The notes beneath the pieces were generated by a model, which worked only from the letters and a program-made list of their open reading frames with translations, was not told the DNA's origin and did not search any database. A stretch of 64,000 bases of DNA, taken from positions 7,302 to 71,301 of the forward strand of contig CAYILR010000020.1 of NCBI GenBank assembly GCA_964364175.1, given 5' to 3'. The position numbers and the translations under genes are program-made. The DNA is from an uncultured Bacteriovoracaceae bacterium. GTDB lineage: Bacteria; Bdellovibrionota; UBA1018. The first letter of the stretch is position 1, and each line of letters starts with the position of its first letter. Below, piece by piece: positions 10,202 to 19,146 of the stretch.

Positions 10202-11085
10202 AGCGATTTTGCCTCCTCTGGATTTTTGAGTCGGGGATCAATCCAAGACTGTGCCCAGTCACCTAGAGTGGTGCCCAACAGGCAAAATACAGCGGAGACC
10301 AGAACCGCAGACTCGATCAGGGGATAGTCTCTCTTTAAAACAGAGTCGACCATGAGCGTCCCCATTCCAGCACGATTAAATACAAATTCGGTGACCATTG
10401 CCCAACCCGCAAAGACAAGTCCAGCATGGGTTCCGAATTGAGCAGCGAGAGCGCCGAGCGCAGGGAAAAGAGCATATTTGAAAATGATCTTGGATTCGCT
10501 AAGTCCGCGAGATCGCGCCGCCTGCACAAAAGACAATTGGAGAGTGTCTCGGATTCGTGAGCGAATGAGTCTTGACCAAGTTCCGGTGAATGGAATGGCG
10601 ATGGCCATCGCTGCGGGCAGGATGGAGTCAAAGTGATAAGTGAGTGCGAGGATGAGCGGGCCGATGATGATGCTCGGAAGGGCTGCTGTGGTGATCCCCC
10701 AGGTGGAACAGATCCAGTGGAATACTGTGAATCGAATGGCAAGAATGGCGAGAGTGAGGCTCATAATCAGGCCAATGCTGAGTGAGGTGAGGCTGAGAAG
10801 AATGCTCGGCAGCAGATTTTCTCGAAGAATCGAGAGCACTGGCCGACGACTGATCAGAGAAATTCCGAAATTTCCTCGGAGCATTTCACGCAGGTCGTGG
10901 ACGAGCGCAGATGGCCAAGGAAGATCCAGGTGCAGGTCGGCTCGAAGCTGTGCGTGAGGGATTTTGGTTCCGGTCTCTGCGACAAGAACATCGATGGGAT
11001 CACCCGGGAGCAACCGAATCATACCGCGAGTTGCGATAAAAATCAGAAGGAGAGTAAAGATCAACACAAGAAAACGGCGAAGCAT
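10198..11085 (-). CDS. ABC transporter permease, DppB/OppB-like
   Basis: The ORF track extends to 11217, but the likely start is MLRRFLVLIF (ATG at 11083-11085). The N-terminus is DppB-like (LLPGDPIDVL) and there is a 4-bp overlap with the downstream permease. Confidence 0.75.
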   Translation of the reverse strand: MLRRFLVLIFTLLLIFIATRGMIRLLPGDPIDVLVAETGTKIPHAQLRADLHLDLPWPSALVHDLREMLRGNFGISLISRRPVLSILRENLLPSILLSLTSLSIGLIMSLTLAILAIRFTVFHWICSTWGITTAALPSIIIGPLILALTYHFDSILPAAMAIAIPFTGTWSRLIRSRIRDTLQLSFVQAARSRGLSESKIIFKYALFPALGALAAQFGTHAGLVFAGWAMVTEFVFNRAGMGTLMVDSVLKRDYPLIESAVLVSAVFCLLGTTLGDWAQSWIDPRLKNPEEAKSL

Positions 11086-11096
11086 GAATAGGGATT

Positions 11097-11930
11097 CTAT
11101 TTTCCTGTACTGCTTTGCAAGAATTTTTCTGCTTTTTCTTTTGTCGTGCGATCGATCATTGCTTTGCGCGTGGGAAATTCGATTCTCAGAGGAAGTCCGG
11201 AATTTTCGAGATACCAAATCGAGAGCTGGCCCACGTGGTTGACCGCGATTTTTTTAGTATGAGTTTTTTTGCTGAACTCGTCATCGGGTTTGAGTTGAAT
11301 GGATCCCGGCTGCGGGGAGAAGGCAACTTCGAGGTTGTCTTCCAGGATGGCCTGAAAGCTATAAGTCTGACCGGTCTTCATTTTTTGCAATTTTTCATGA
11401 ATCAAAACTGGGAAGAGAGAAGAGAAGAAGGCCTCTGAATTGATTCGCTTGCGGATGGCAGGAAGTTCCTGTCCATTTTTGATGATTTTCACAATGAGAG
11501 TGCCATCTTGTTGAAGAGTGCCATCGATCAGCGTTTCGACGGATTGGGCGAGGCTGTGAAAATTAAATAAAATGGGTTTTAAAAATGGTTCCGAAGCGGC
11601 GACTGCAGTCAGGGATTCTTCGTTGATCGCGCCTTCTTCCAGCTTGAAAGTCTTGTTTTTGTAGACCCAACGTCCTGCGGCATCCAATTCACAGCGTTCG
11701 TTGTAGTAGGCGGCAGGCACAGCGCCTTGAAGCGTCAGAATGAACCAATCATCCCATAGGATTTTTGACGCTGCGGCCTGAGTGGAAGAAGTTGTGACTA
11801 CGGGTTTAGAAGCTGGTTTTTTAGGGGGTGCAGCTTGAGCTGGAGATAGGATAAAAAAAATCACTAGAACGGGGATCAAGATTCGTATTTTCATTCTATT
11901 TAAGAATAGAAGATTCATCCCCTCTGTCAA
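11097..11930 (-). CDS. Secreted hypothetical protein heading the permease operon
   Basis: It has a signal peptide (MKIRILIPVLVIFFILSPAQA). At 277 aa it is too short for a canonical family-5 substrate-binding protein. Confidence 0.45.
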   Translation of the reverse strand: MTEGMNLLFLNRMKIRILIPVLVIFFILSPAQAAPPKKPASKPVVTTSSTQAAASKILWDDWFILTLQGAVPAAYYNERCELDAAGRWVYKNKTFKLEEGAINEESLTAVAASEPFLKPILFNFHSLAQSVETLIDGTLQQDGTLIVKIIKNGQELPAIRKRINSEAFFSSLFPVLIHEKLQKMKTGQTYSFQAILEDNLEVAFSPQPGSIQLKPDDEFSKKTHTKKIAVNHVGQLSIWYLENSGLPLRIEFPTRKAMIDRTTKEKAEKFLQSSTGK

Positions 11931-12021
11931 GCAAGGGTGCTATCAGCGCGAAGCGTAGCACGATCTTTGATTTAAGACCGCCATCCTATCATCCGATCTG
12001 GAGTCTAGGAGGCTCTTCCAC

Positions 12022-14907
12022 GTGCGTTTGTGTGTCAATTTTTTGAACAACATGAATTTAATGGGATGCCTTTCAGGCGTTCTTGGGGGGCTCTTTTTGT
12101 TGCTGGGGCCGGCGGTGAGCTTTGCTGGTGAGGAGTGTGTGGTTTTCCCGGTGGGAGATGAGCAGGTGATTGCAACTTCAGGGAGCTACACCTCTCAGCT
12201 TTCTCCGGATGGGAAAAAAGTGGTTACTGTGCATCGTAATGGAACAGCGATCATCCGTGACCTGGAAAGTGGCAAGGAAACTAAAATTCAGCATCAGGCC
12301 GGGGTCAATTCCACTCAATTCTCACCGAATGGGAAAAAAATAGTCACTGCGTCTTATGATGAAACAGCGGTCATCCGTGATCTGGAAAATGGGAAGGAAA
12401 CTAAAATCCAGCATCAAGCCGGGGTCAATTCCGCTCAGTTCTCACCGGACGGGAAAAAAGTAGTCACTGCGTCGAGTGATGGAACAGGGGTCATCCGTGA
12501 CCTAGAAAGTGGGAAGGAAACCAAAATCCAGCATCAAGACCGGGTCAATTCCGCTCAGTTTTCTCCGGATGGGAAAAAAGTGGTCACTACGTCTTATGAT
12601 GGAACAGCGATCGTCCGTGACCTGGAAAGTGGGAAGGAAACCAAAATTCAGCATCGAAACGGAGTCATTTCTGCTCGGTTTTCTCCGGATGGGAAAAAAG
12701 TGGTGACTGCGTCTCTTGATCAAACAGCGATCATCCGTGACCTAGAAAGTGGGAAGGAAACCAAAATTCAGCATCAAGGCTGGGTCTATTCCGCGCAGTT
12801 TTCACCGGATGGGAAAAAAGTAGTCACTGCGTCAAGTGATGAAACAGCGATCGTCCGTGACCTGGAAAGTGGGAAGGAAACTAAAATCCAGCATCAAGAC
12901 CAGGTCAATTCCGCTCAGTTCTCACCAGATGGGAAAAAAGTAGTCACTGCGTCTTCTGATCGAACAGCGATCACCCATGATCTAGAAAGTGGGAAGGAAA
13001 CTAAAATCCAGCATTCAGGCTGGGTCAGTTCCGCTCAGTTCTCCCCCGATGGTAAAAAGTTATTCATTCAAACAGTCCGCGGTTTTTCGATTTTATCCCA
13101 AGACACGGTTTGTGTTTCTGATCCGCTAAAAATCAAAGCAGATACCTGCGTTCAGTGCTCCCAGCAAAAGCCGAGTGTGCTGGATTCATCTGTGTCGTCT
13201 CATTTGAGTCTGTGGATGGAAAAAGAGCGCTGCCAAGGCCCTTGGGATGAAAAAAAATGGGCTGGAGATACTTCTTTGCCCGCATCGAATCCTCTGCCGC
13301 CAAAAGAGGCTTTGAGTTTTCTGAAGCGCTTTCAAAAACCGGAAGGATTTGATCCTGCAAAACATCTTCCGATCTTACTCGCTATTTTTCGCTCAGGCCT
13401 GGTGCGTGAGGAGCCCTCGCTCATTCAAGGCACTCTACAGTCGGTTCTTTCACGTTCTACCTTGCTCTACGACCGATTGCTGAAAGACTTTCCCGAGGTG
13501 AATCAGCTGACTTCTTCTTCGCCGAATTCACTCGCGTGTCGAACGCTCGAAGAAGAAAAGCGGGTGCTAGGTGCTACAAAAAGATACCTCCTAACTCTCC
13601 TCGTTAAAAACGGCGAAAAAACAAAATTCGAAAACTGGGACTCCCTGAAGCCACTGGCCCCTGTTTTATCCAAGCTCCCTCAAGAACAAAAAGCAGCGTT
13701 CATCGAGCAAATCGGCCAGTCGCTTGCCAACGATGCCGCCGATTCGCCTGAATTTCACAATATTTTTGTGAGTAAAATTCTCAAATTCACCAAGCATGCG
13801 ATCGCCCCTTATTTTGGAGAGGCAAAAAAACCCATTTCGGATCTCACGTACATGCGCACAAAAAACTTAGTGGAGCCCCTGATTCTCGGGGACTTACCCA
13901 TCGAAGTGGTGGGTAGCAATCCCAAAGGCACGAAGAGTGCCTACGGCTTTTATTCGCAACTCCTAGACCCGATCAAAATTCCAGATACCATCCAACCCGG
14001 AATGGTGATTTCTGAAAGCAAGCTTCAGTGGAAGCAAGGAAAGGATCAGTACTCCGTTCCACTCAAGATCAGTATGAGGGAAGCAGGAAAAACCATTATC
14101 CCCGAAGGCGACTCTCCGGATTACGAAGGTCTTTGGAAAGACGGAAAACTCACGGGGTTAGTGATTGCCGGAAGCAATCTTGGAAAAGATGGGGCCACAG
14201 TCATCACAGAGTACTTACGTTATTATTTAAGGCAAGGATTTGAGTTTGACGAAGAGAAAAAATCGATTTCAAATCTCAAACAATTTCTCGGCGATCAAGT
14301 GAGCTCCGGAAAACTCGATTACCTGTTTAAAGAAGCGCACTCGGACGGAGATGAAAAAAACCTGTTTCGAGTCGATACGGAGGGGCTACTCATGCGTGGT
14401 ACGAAGACGCATCCCGACGGGAAAAAAGAAGAAGTGTTTTTAGTCGTTCCAAAAAGCGAGGGAGTGCAAAAAACCGAACTCATCCCCAATCAAGAGTTTG
14501 GGGAGTGGGTGAGAGGGCGAGAAAAAAATAACCAAGGCCAGCTCGTGTATTTCAACACGAGCTGCTGGTCAAAAACCAAAGCTTTACACGAGATCGAAGC
14601 GGCAAGTACATCGAAGCTCCTGAATATCCCAACGCTTACGATCACCCGAACTTTTGGAAACTACGAAGGAAACCCCGAGCGAGAGATGCTTCATGCGTTT
14701 CGGGAGCGAAAAAACTACTCCGAAATTCGCCAAGCCCTCTCCGAAGACGAATTCAATGGCTATGCCAAGGGAACGAAGAACGTGTTTATTTTTCCCGACG
14801 AAGAGCGCTACAAAGACGAGATCACCCGAGTGGTGGCCACTCCGCTCGACATCCAGCTGCAAATCCAAAAAAATGGCAAGCCTTACTCCATCGAGCAGGC
14901 TGAGTAG
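12022..14907 (+). CDS. Secreted 8-bladed beta-propeller (WD40/PD40-like) repeat protein with a roughly 600-aa C-terminal domain of unknown function
   Basis: It has a GTG start with a perfect AGGAGG RBS 9 nt upstream, and a signal peptide. It contains about eight tandem 40-aa repeats (SPDGKKVVTAS.D.TA.IRDLESGKETKIQHQ). Confidence 0.7.
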   Translation: MRLCVNFLNNMNLMGCLSGVLGGLFLLLGPAVSFAGEECVVFPVGDEQVIATSGSYTSQLSPDGKKVVTVHRNGTAIIRDLESGKETKIQHQAGVNSTQFSPNGKKIVTASYDETAVIRDLENGKETKIQHQAGVNSAQFSPDGKKVVTASSDGTGVIRDLESGKETKIQHQDRVNSAQFSPDGKKVVTTSYDGTAIVRDLESGKETKIQHRNGVISARFSPDGKKVVTASLDQTAIIRDLESGKETKIQHQGWVYSAQFSPDGKKVVTASSDETAIVRDLESGKETKIQHQDQVNSAQFSPDGKKVVTASSDRTAITHDLESGKETKIQHSGWVSSAQFSPDGKKLFIQTVRGFSILSQDTVCVSDPLKIKADTCVQCSQQKPSVLDSSVSSHLSLWMEKERCQGPWDEKKWAGDTSLPASNPLPPKEALSFLKRFQKPEGFDPAKHLPILLAIFRSGLVREEPSLIQGTLQSVLSRSTLLYDRLLKDFPEVNQLTSSSPNSLACRTLEEEKRVLGATKRYLLTLLVKNGEKTKFENWDSLKPLAPVLSKLPQEQKAAFIEQIGQSLANDAADSPEFHNIFVSKILKFTKHAIAPYFGEAKKPISDLTYMRTKNLVEPLILGDLPIEVVGSNPKGTKSAYGFYSQLLDPIKIPDTIQPGMVISESKLQWKQGKDQYSVPLKISMREAGKTIIPEGDSPDYEGLWKDGKLTGLVIAGSNLGKDGATVITEYLRYYLRQGFEFDEEKKSISNLKQFLGDQVSSGKLDYLFKEAHSDGDEKNLFRVDTEGLLMRGTKTHPDGKKEEVFLVVPKSEGVQKTELIPNQEFGEWVRGREKNNQGQLVYFNTSCWSKTKALHEIEAASTSKLLNIPTLTITRTFGNYEGNPEREMLHAFRERKNYSEIRQALSEDEFNGYAKGTKNVFIFPDEERYKDEITRVVATPLDIQLQIQKNGKPYSIEQAE
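12196..13065 (+). repeat. Tandem 120-bp DNA repeats (about 7.5 copies, more than 85% identical) encoding the propeller blades
   Basis: The periodicity is visible directly, for example 12241-12360 against 12361-12480. It produces spurious antisense ORFs at 12502..12723. Confidence 0.8.
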
Positions 14908-14963
14908 TTACTCAGGGAGCAGGTACTCTATCTCGGCGATGTGGGTCGCTTTTAGTTCGATGA

Positions 14964-14993
14964 CTTCACACGTGTGAAGTGAAGCGGTTTTTT
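14964..14993 (+). terminator. Putative Rho-independent terminator after the propeller gene
   Basis: A palindrome CTTCACACGTGTGAAG (14964-14979) is followed shortly by a T6 run (14988-14993). Confidence 0.4.
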
Positions 14994-15223
14994 ACAAAAT
15001 ATTCGATTTGATTTGACAGAAAAACTACATTCAAAAATCGACTACAAGTAACTTCTCGAATCGCTAAAATAGGATCCAAATGTTTTTCTAAAATGGATTC
15101 GTCTGAGCGGATTTGTGTGCGTTTAGTTTGAGTTTTTCAGATTGAGTTTCGAATTAATAAATCGTGAAAATCGAGCATTTTAGAACTCATGTTAGGGTGA
15201 TTTCTCCATTAGGAAAGGGAATC

Positions 15224-15984
15224 AAAATGAAAAATTTAAATCTGCTTTCGGATCAGGAGCTCGTTCAACACACCCAAAGTTTAGTTTGCGAAGAACAAAA
15301 ACTGGTGGCTCAGGTTTTGGATTGCCTGGAGGAGGTTTTTGCTCGGAGGCTCTATCTCAAAATGGGCTACAGCTCGATGTTTGAATTTTGTAAGAATGAA
15401 TTGGGTTACAGTGACGGAACAGCTCAGATCCGGATCGATGCGTTAAAACTCACTCAGCTTCTTCCAGAGGTCAAAGAGGACATCCTAAAAAATAATGCGA
15501 CGATTACTCAGGCTGCTTTTTTGAATAAATTTCTTCGTCAGGAAAAAAAGATTACGAATGTAGAACGGCCGATCGAAGAGAAAAAGAACAGGACAAAACC
15601 CGAATCATCGGTCCAGACAAAACTCAAATTCAATTTGTTGTGGATAGCGAGTGTGCCGAGTTGATGGAACGGTTCAAAGAATTGTATCCTCAAGATTCGA
15701 GCCAGTACGTTGAGCTTTTTAAAAAGGCTCTCCAGATCGCGCTCAAAGCAAAGGATCCGAAAGAAAAATCCAAATCTAAAATTGAAGATTCACTTCACAC
15801 ATATGAAGTGAAAAAGCGTCCGTACATTTCCATCCCAGTCAGACGTGAGTTGCTCCGTTTGGCTCAAGGCGGTAGCTCGGAACCTAGCAATCTCACTGTG
15901 CTTTGCGCAGCCCACAACGCTTTCCGTGCAGTGGAAGAATATGGTGTTCAAAAAATGCGGCCGTTCTTGAGAGGGTTGAAGTAA
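15224..15984 (+). pseudogene. Frameshifted DUF222/HNH endonuclease-like gene
   Basis: Two overlapping ORFs in different frames (15164..15664 and 15640..15984) together rebuild one protein. The N-terminal part is homologous to the fragment at 54190, and the C-terminal part carries an HNH-like motif (GGSSEPSNLTVLCAAHN) whose cysteines are degenerated. Confidence 0.55.
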
Positions 15985-16173
15985 CAAAACGTCCAGCCGT
16001 GTCTCCCTCTAGGGGTGTCGTCAGCACTGTCTCATCGAGAAGTAAACCTCGTCGCTTTTTTGACAGTTCAATTCGATGCCATCAAGCCCCACTCCGGAAT
16101 CGCCGATTAGTCAACCGGAGGACTCGCAGGAGCGAGGCCTCCCGACAGTGCATCAGCACTGCCGCGTAGCACG

Positions 16174-17118
16174 ATGCGGAGCGGAGGGGGAGCACAGAGC
16201 CAGATGAATCTAGAATCCATTGTTCGCGGTGAATTTGTGATTAATGCGGCGTACGGCATCTTGGGGCTAGCGGTTTTTATCGTCGCTCGAATGATCTTGC
16301 AGGAGCAAGAGACTCGCGCTGCCCAGGACAATATGGACGATCGCGACCGCAAGCCCAGCAGTGGCTTGGTGGGGCTGACTCGTCCATTTTTCACGCAATA
16401 TATTGTTCCCATGGTGCGAGGAAAGGCGTTTTGGGACAATAAGCGCCGTGATTTCAGACGCTTGATTATTTCTGCAGGCTTAAAAGAAGAATTAACTCCG
16501 GATGAATTCATTGCGTTCAAATTTTTCCTGATCGTATTTTTCCCATTAGTGGGCGGGATTTTGAAGGCGATGGATATGCTCGACGTCAGTGCTTTGACGG
16601 TTTTGGGCTCTGGAGTCGCAGGATGGTTTTATCCGAATTTCTGGGCAAATGGTCGAGTGGCGCGACGTCAAAAAGATATTCTGAAAGCAATGCCATTCAT
16701 CGTGGATTTGCTCGCACTTTCGACTGAAGCAGGATTGGATTTCGTCGGTGCGATCGGAAAGGTTTGCGAAAAGGCTGTTCCCAGTCCCCTGGTTGAGGAA
16801 TTGGGGCAAATGTTGAAAGAAATCAAAGTGGGATCCTCACGCCAGGAAGCGCTTCGCGAGATGTCGCTTCGGATCAATATGAAAGAAGTCAGTTCTTTCG
16901 TCGCGATTCTGATTTCAGCCGACCAAATGGGGGCGTCGATCGGAAAAACTCTTCGTCAACAATCTGAACAAATTCGAAACGCACGTATTATCGCTGCGGA
17001 AAAAGCGGGTGCTGCTGCATCACAAAAAGTCTTGTTGCCCATGGTGATATTTATTCTACCATGTGTATTTATTATGATTTTCGGACCGTTCGTTCTGGAG
17101 ACGCTCAATCAAAAATAA
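16174..17118 (+). CDS. tadC: Tad pilus assembly protein TadC (type II secretion system F family)
   Basis: It has a T2SS-F domain with 3-4 TM helices and is paralogous to the TadB gene at 31382. The true start may be MNLES at 16204. Confidence 0.75.
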   Translation: MRSGGGAQSQMNLESIVRGEFVINAAYGILGLAVFIVARMILQEQETRAAQDNMDDRDRKPSSGLVGLTRPFFTQYIVPMVRGKAFWDNKRRDFRRLIISAGLKEELTPDEFIAFKFFLIVFFPLVGGILKAMDMLDVSALTVLGSGVAGWFYPNFWANGRVARRQKDILKAMPFIVDLLALSTEAGLDFVGAIGKVCEKAVPSPLVEELGQMLKEIKVGSSRQEALREMSLRINMKEVSSFVAILISADQMGASIGKTLRQQSEQIRNARIIAAEKAGAAASQKVLLPMVIFILPCVFIMIFGPFVLETLNQK

Positions 17119-17122
17119 AACC

Positions 17123-17515
17123 ATGCCCAAAACCAAGAACACCCCCATCACTGTCGAACTCGTTAAGACTCATGTCAAAATTGCCGATCAGTGCCATGTG
17201 GCGGTGTCTTATATGGACCGTCTGAGGGGGTTGATTGGACGCCAATCATTGCCTGTGGGGGAGGGTGTGCTCTTCCCTCGGTGCAATAGCATCCATATGT
17301 GGTTTATGAGTATTCCAATTGATGTCGTTTTCTTGGACAAGTCGATCCAGGATGGCAATCGGTCCATCTGGAGGGTGACTTCTGTTCACGAGTCGGTGCG
17401 CCCTTGGAAGGCTCTGCCACTGAATGACTGGGCTGCAGCTGATGTGCTCGAATTGCCGGTAGGGACCATTCGACGACATTCTATTTATCCAGGAGACGAA
17501 ATATGTTCAAGCTGA
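17123..17515 (+). CDS. DUF192 domain protein
   Basis: The core SIHMWFMSIPIDVVFLD matches DUF192/COG1430. The 3' end overlaps the next gene. Confidence 0.6.
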   Translation: MPKTKNTPITVELVKTHVKIADQCHVAVSYMDRLRGLIGRQSLPVGEGVLFPRCNSIHMWFMSIPIDVVFLDKSIQDGNRSIWRVTSVHESVRPWKALPLNDWAAADVLELPVGTIRRHSIYPGDEICSS

Positions 17516-19146
17516 CGGTGGTCGCCGGACCTAACCGGGGCAGCAATTTCGTCGTGCAAGAGGGTGAGACAAGCATCGGTCGTCAGACAGGCAATGTGAT
17601 TGTGTTGCCCTCTTCAAAGGTTTCAAAAAAACACTGTTCGATCAATGTCAAAGACGGTGAAGTCAGCATCAAAGATGAGGGAAGTTCCAATGGGACTTTC
17701 GTGAATGGAGTTCTGACTCGTGCCAAGAAGCTCAACCCAGGCGATCGTATTGGAGTGGGAGATTTTGTTTTTGAAATTTCTGTTCCGGGTCTCAGAACGA
17801 ATCGGATTGCTCCCGCCCTGACAGGTTTTGGAAATGTTGTAGCAATGCCTGGAGTTTCGTTGCCAGGGACTGCGGCAAATGCAGCGGCATCCCCAGCGCT
17901 TACGGGTTCGATTGATTTGTCCTCGGCAGGGTCAGCAATGGATCCCAACGTGATGCCCAAAGATCCCAAAGGGAAGATCATTTGGCTTTTTGAAAATCGA
18001 CTGATGCCTGTTTTTTATGGTTTGATTTTGAAGCACGAGTGGAAAATCGTCGGCTTGGTCATGATGGGCGGGCTCTTGCTTGCGAATTTGATTGTGGCTG
18101 TTCAGCCAATTGTGCAGTCCGGAAGAAACGCAATGGTCCGAGAGACTATGAGGCGTGCGAGTTTGATCGCTAAACAAATTGTAGAAAAAAATTCAGCGGC
18201 CATGCTGAATCGCGCTGAAACAAAAACTGAAATTGGCAGTTTGGAGCGAGAAGACGGTGTTCGCATGGCGGTGCTCACCGATCTGGATTTGCGTGTGATC
18301 GCGCCAGGCACGAAAATGAATCAATACATCACGAGCGGTGGCGAGGCTGCAGAAGCCACTCGGGCGCGAAATGCGTTCCGGAAAGGCCGCGAAACTGGGA
18401 TATTCATGGAAATCGGAGACGGAATCGTAGTGGCCATTGAGCCAATGAAGATTCTGGATGCTTCGATTGGAAAAAATGTGGTTGTCGCAATGGCGATTGT
18501 GTCGATCGATGCCACTCTTTCGACTCCTGAAATCGGAGAAGTCGGGGTGACTTATTCTGAGACTCTGATCCTGACAGGGTTGATCACTCTGTTGGTTTTC
18601 TTGATTCTTTATAAGCTGACACTCAAGCCGTTGAATGTTTTGAACGATGACATCGATCGAGTTCTCAAGGGCGAAACCAATCAGGTCACCCGTGAATTCA
18701 AGTTCGAGGAGATTGGCAATTTGATCGACAACATCAATTCTGCTCTCCAAAGAATTCCGCGAGGCTCAGGCGGCGCGACCGTGGATAACTCCGGTGGGCC
18801 GGATGATTTCCTCAACCCGGTCAAGATCCTGCTGACTCTCACTAAAGTCGGTGTGTTGATTTTGGATGATCAGAAGAAAATCTTGGGGCTCAATCCATTT
18901 TTCGAGGAGATTTCCGGGATACGCTCGGACGGCTCGATCGGGCAAGAACCCAGCGCAGTGGCAAGGGATCAAGCTTTTGCACAGATGTCGGTGGATATGC
19001 TGAATCGGGCTCCTTCGGGTGGAGAGGGAGTGACGGAGGATTTCGATTTTTCTGGAGTGGCGTGCAAGATCTTTGTTTCAGCTTTGGGGACATCTGGAAC
19101 GGCCCCAAAAGGTTACATGATGCTGGTTTCGAGGAGTGAAACGTGA
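17503..19146 (+). CDS. FHA domain-containing membrane protein
   Basis: The N-terminal FHA domain is recognisable (SIGRQ...SKKHCSI...SSNGTFVNG). It is followed by two TM segments and a long C-terminal region. Confidence 0.8.
   Translation: MFKLTVVAGPNRGSNFVVQEGETSIGRQTGNVIVLPSSKVSKKHCSINVKDGEVSIKDEGSSNGTFVNGVLTRAKKLNPGDRIGVGDFVFEISVPGLRTNRIAPALTGFGNVVAMPGVSLPGTAANAAASPALTGSIDLSSAGSAMDPNVMPKDPKGKIIWLFENRLMPVFYGLILKHEWKIVGLVMMGGLLLANLIVAVQPIVQSGRNAMVRETMRRASLIAKQIVEKNSAAMLNRAETKTEIGSLEREDGVRMAVLTDLDLRVIAPGTKMNQYITSGGEAAEATRARNAFRKGRETGIFMEIGDGIVVAIEPMKILDASIGKNVVVAMAIVSIDATLSTPEIGEVGVTYSETLILTGLITLLVFLILYKLTLKPLNVLNDDIDRVLKGETNQVTREFKFEEIGNLIDNINSALQRIPRGSGGATVDNSGGPDDFLNPVKILLTLTKVGVLILDDQKKILGLNPFFEEISGIRSDGSIGQEPSAVARDQAFAQMSVDMLNRAPSGGEGVTEDFDFSGVACKIFVSALGTSGTAPKGYMMLVSRSET

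Noticed and set aside
12502-12723. Small ORFs on both strands inside the propeller gene (73 aa on the minus strand, 65 aa on the plus strand)
   Set aside because: They are artefacts of the 120-bp tandem repeats. Their proteins are internally repetitive and lie wholly within a well-supported CDS.
15903-16169. Arg-rich 88-aa ORF in the GC-rich spacer before tadC
   Set aside because: The composition is low-complexity and Arg/Ser/Pro-biased, there is no RBS, and it is more likely non-coding leader or HNH-element debris.
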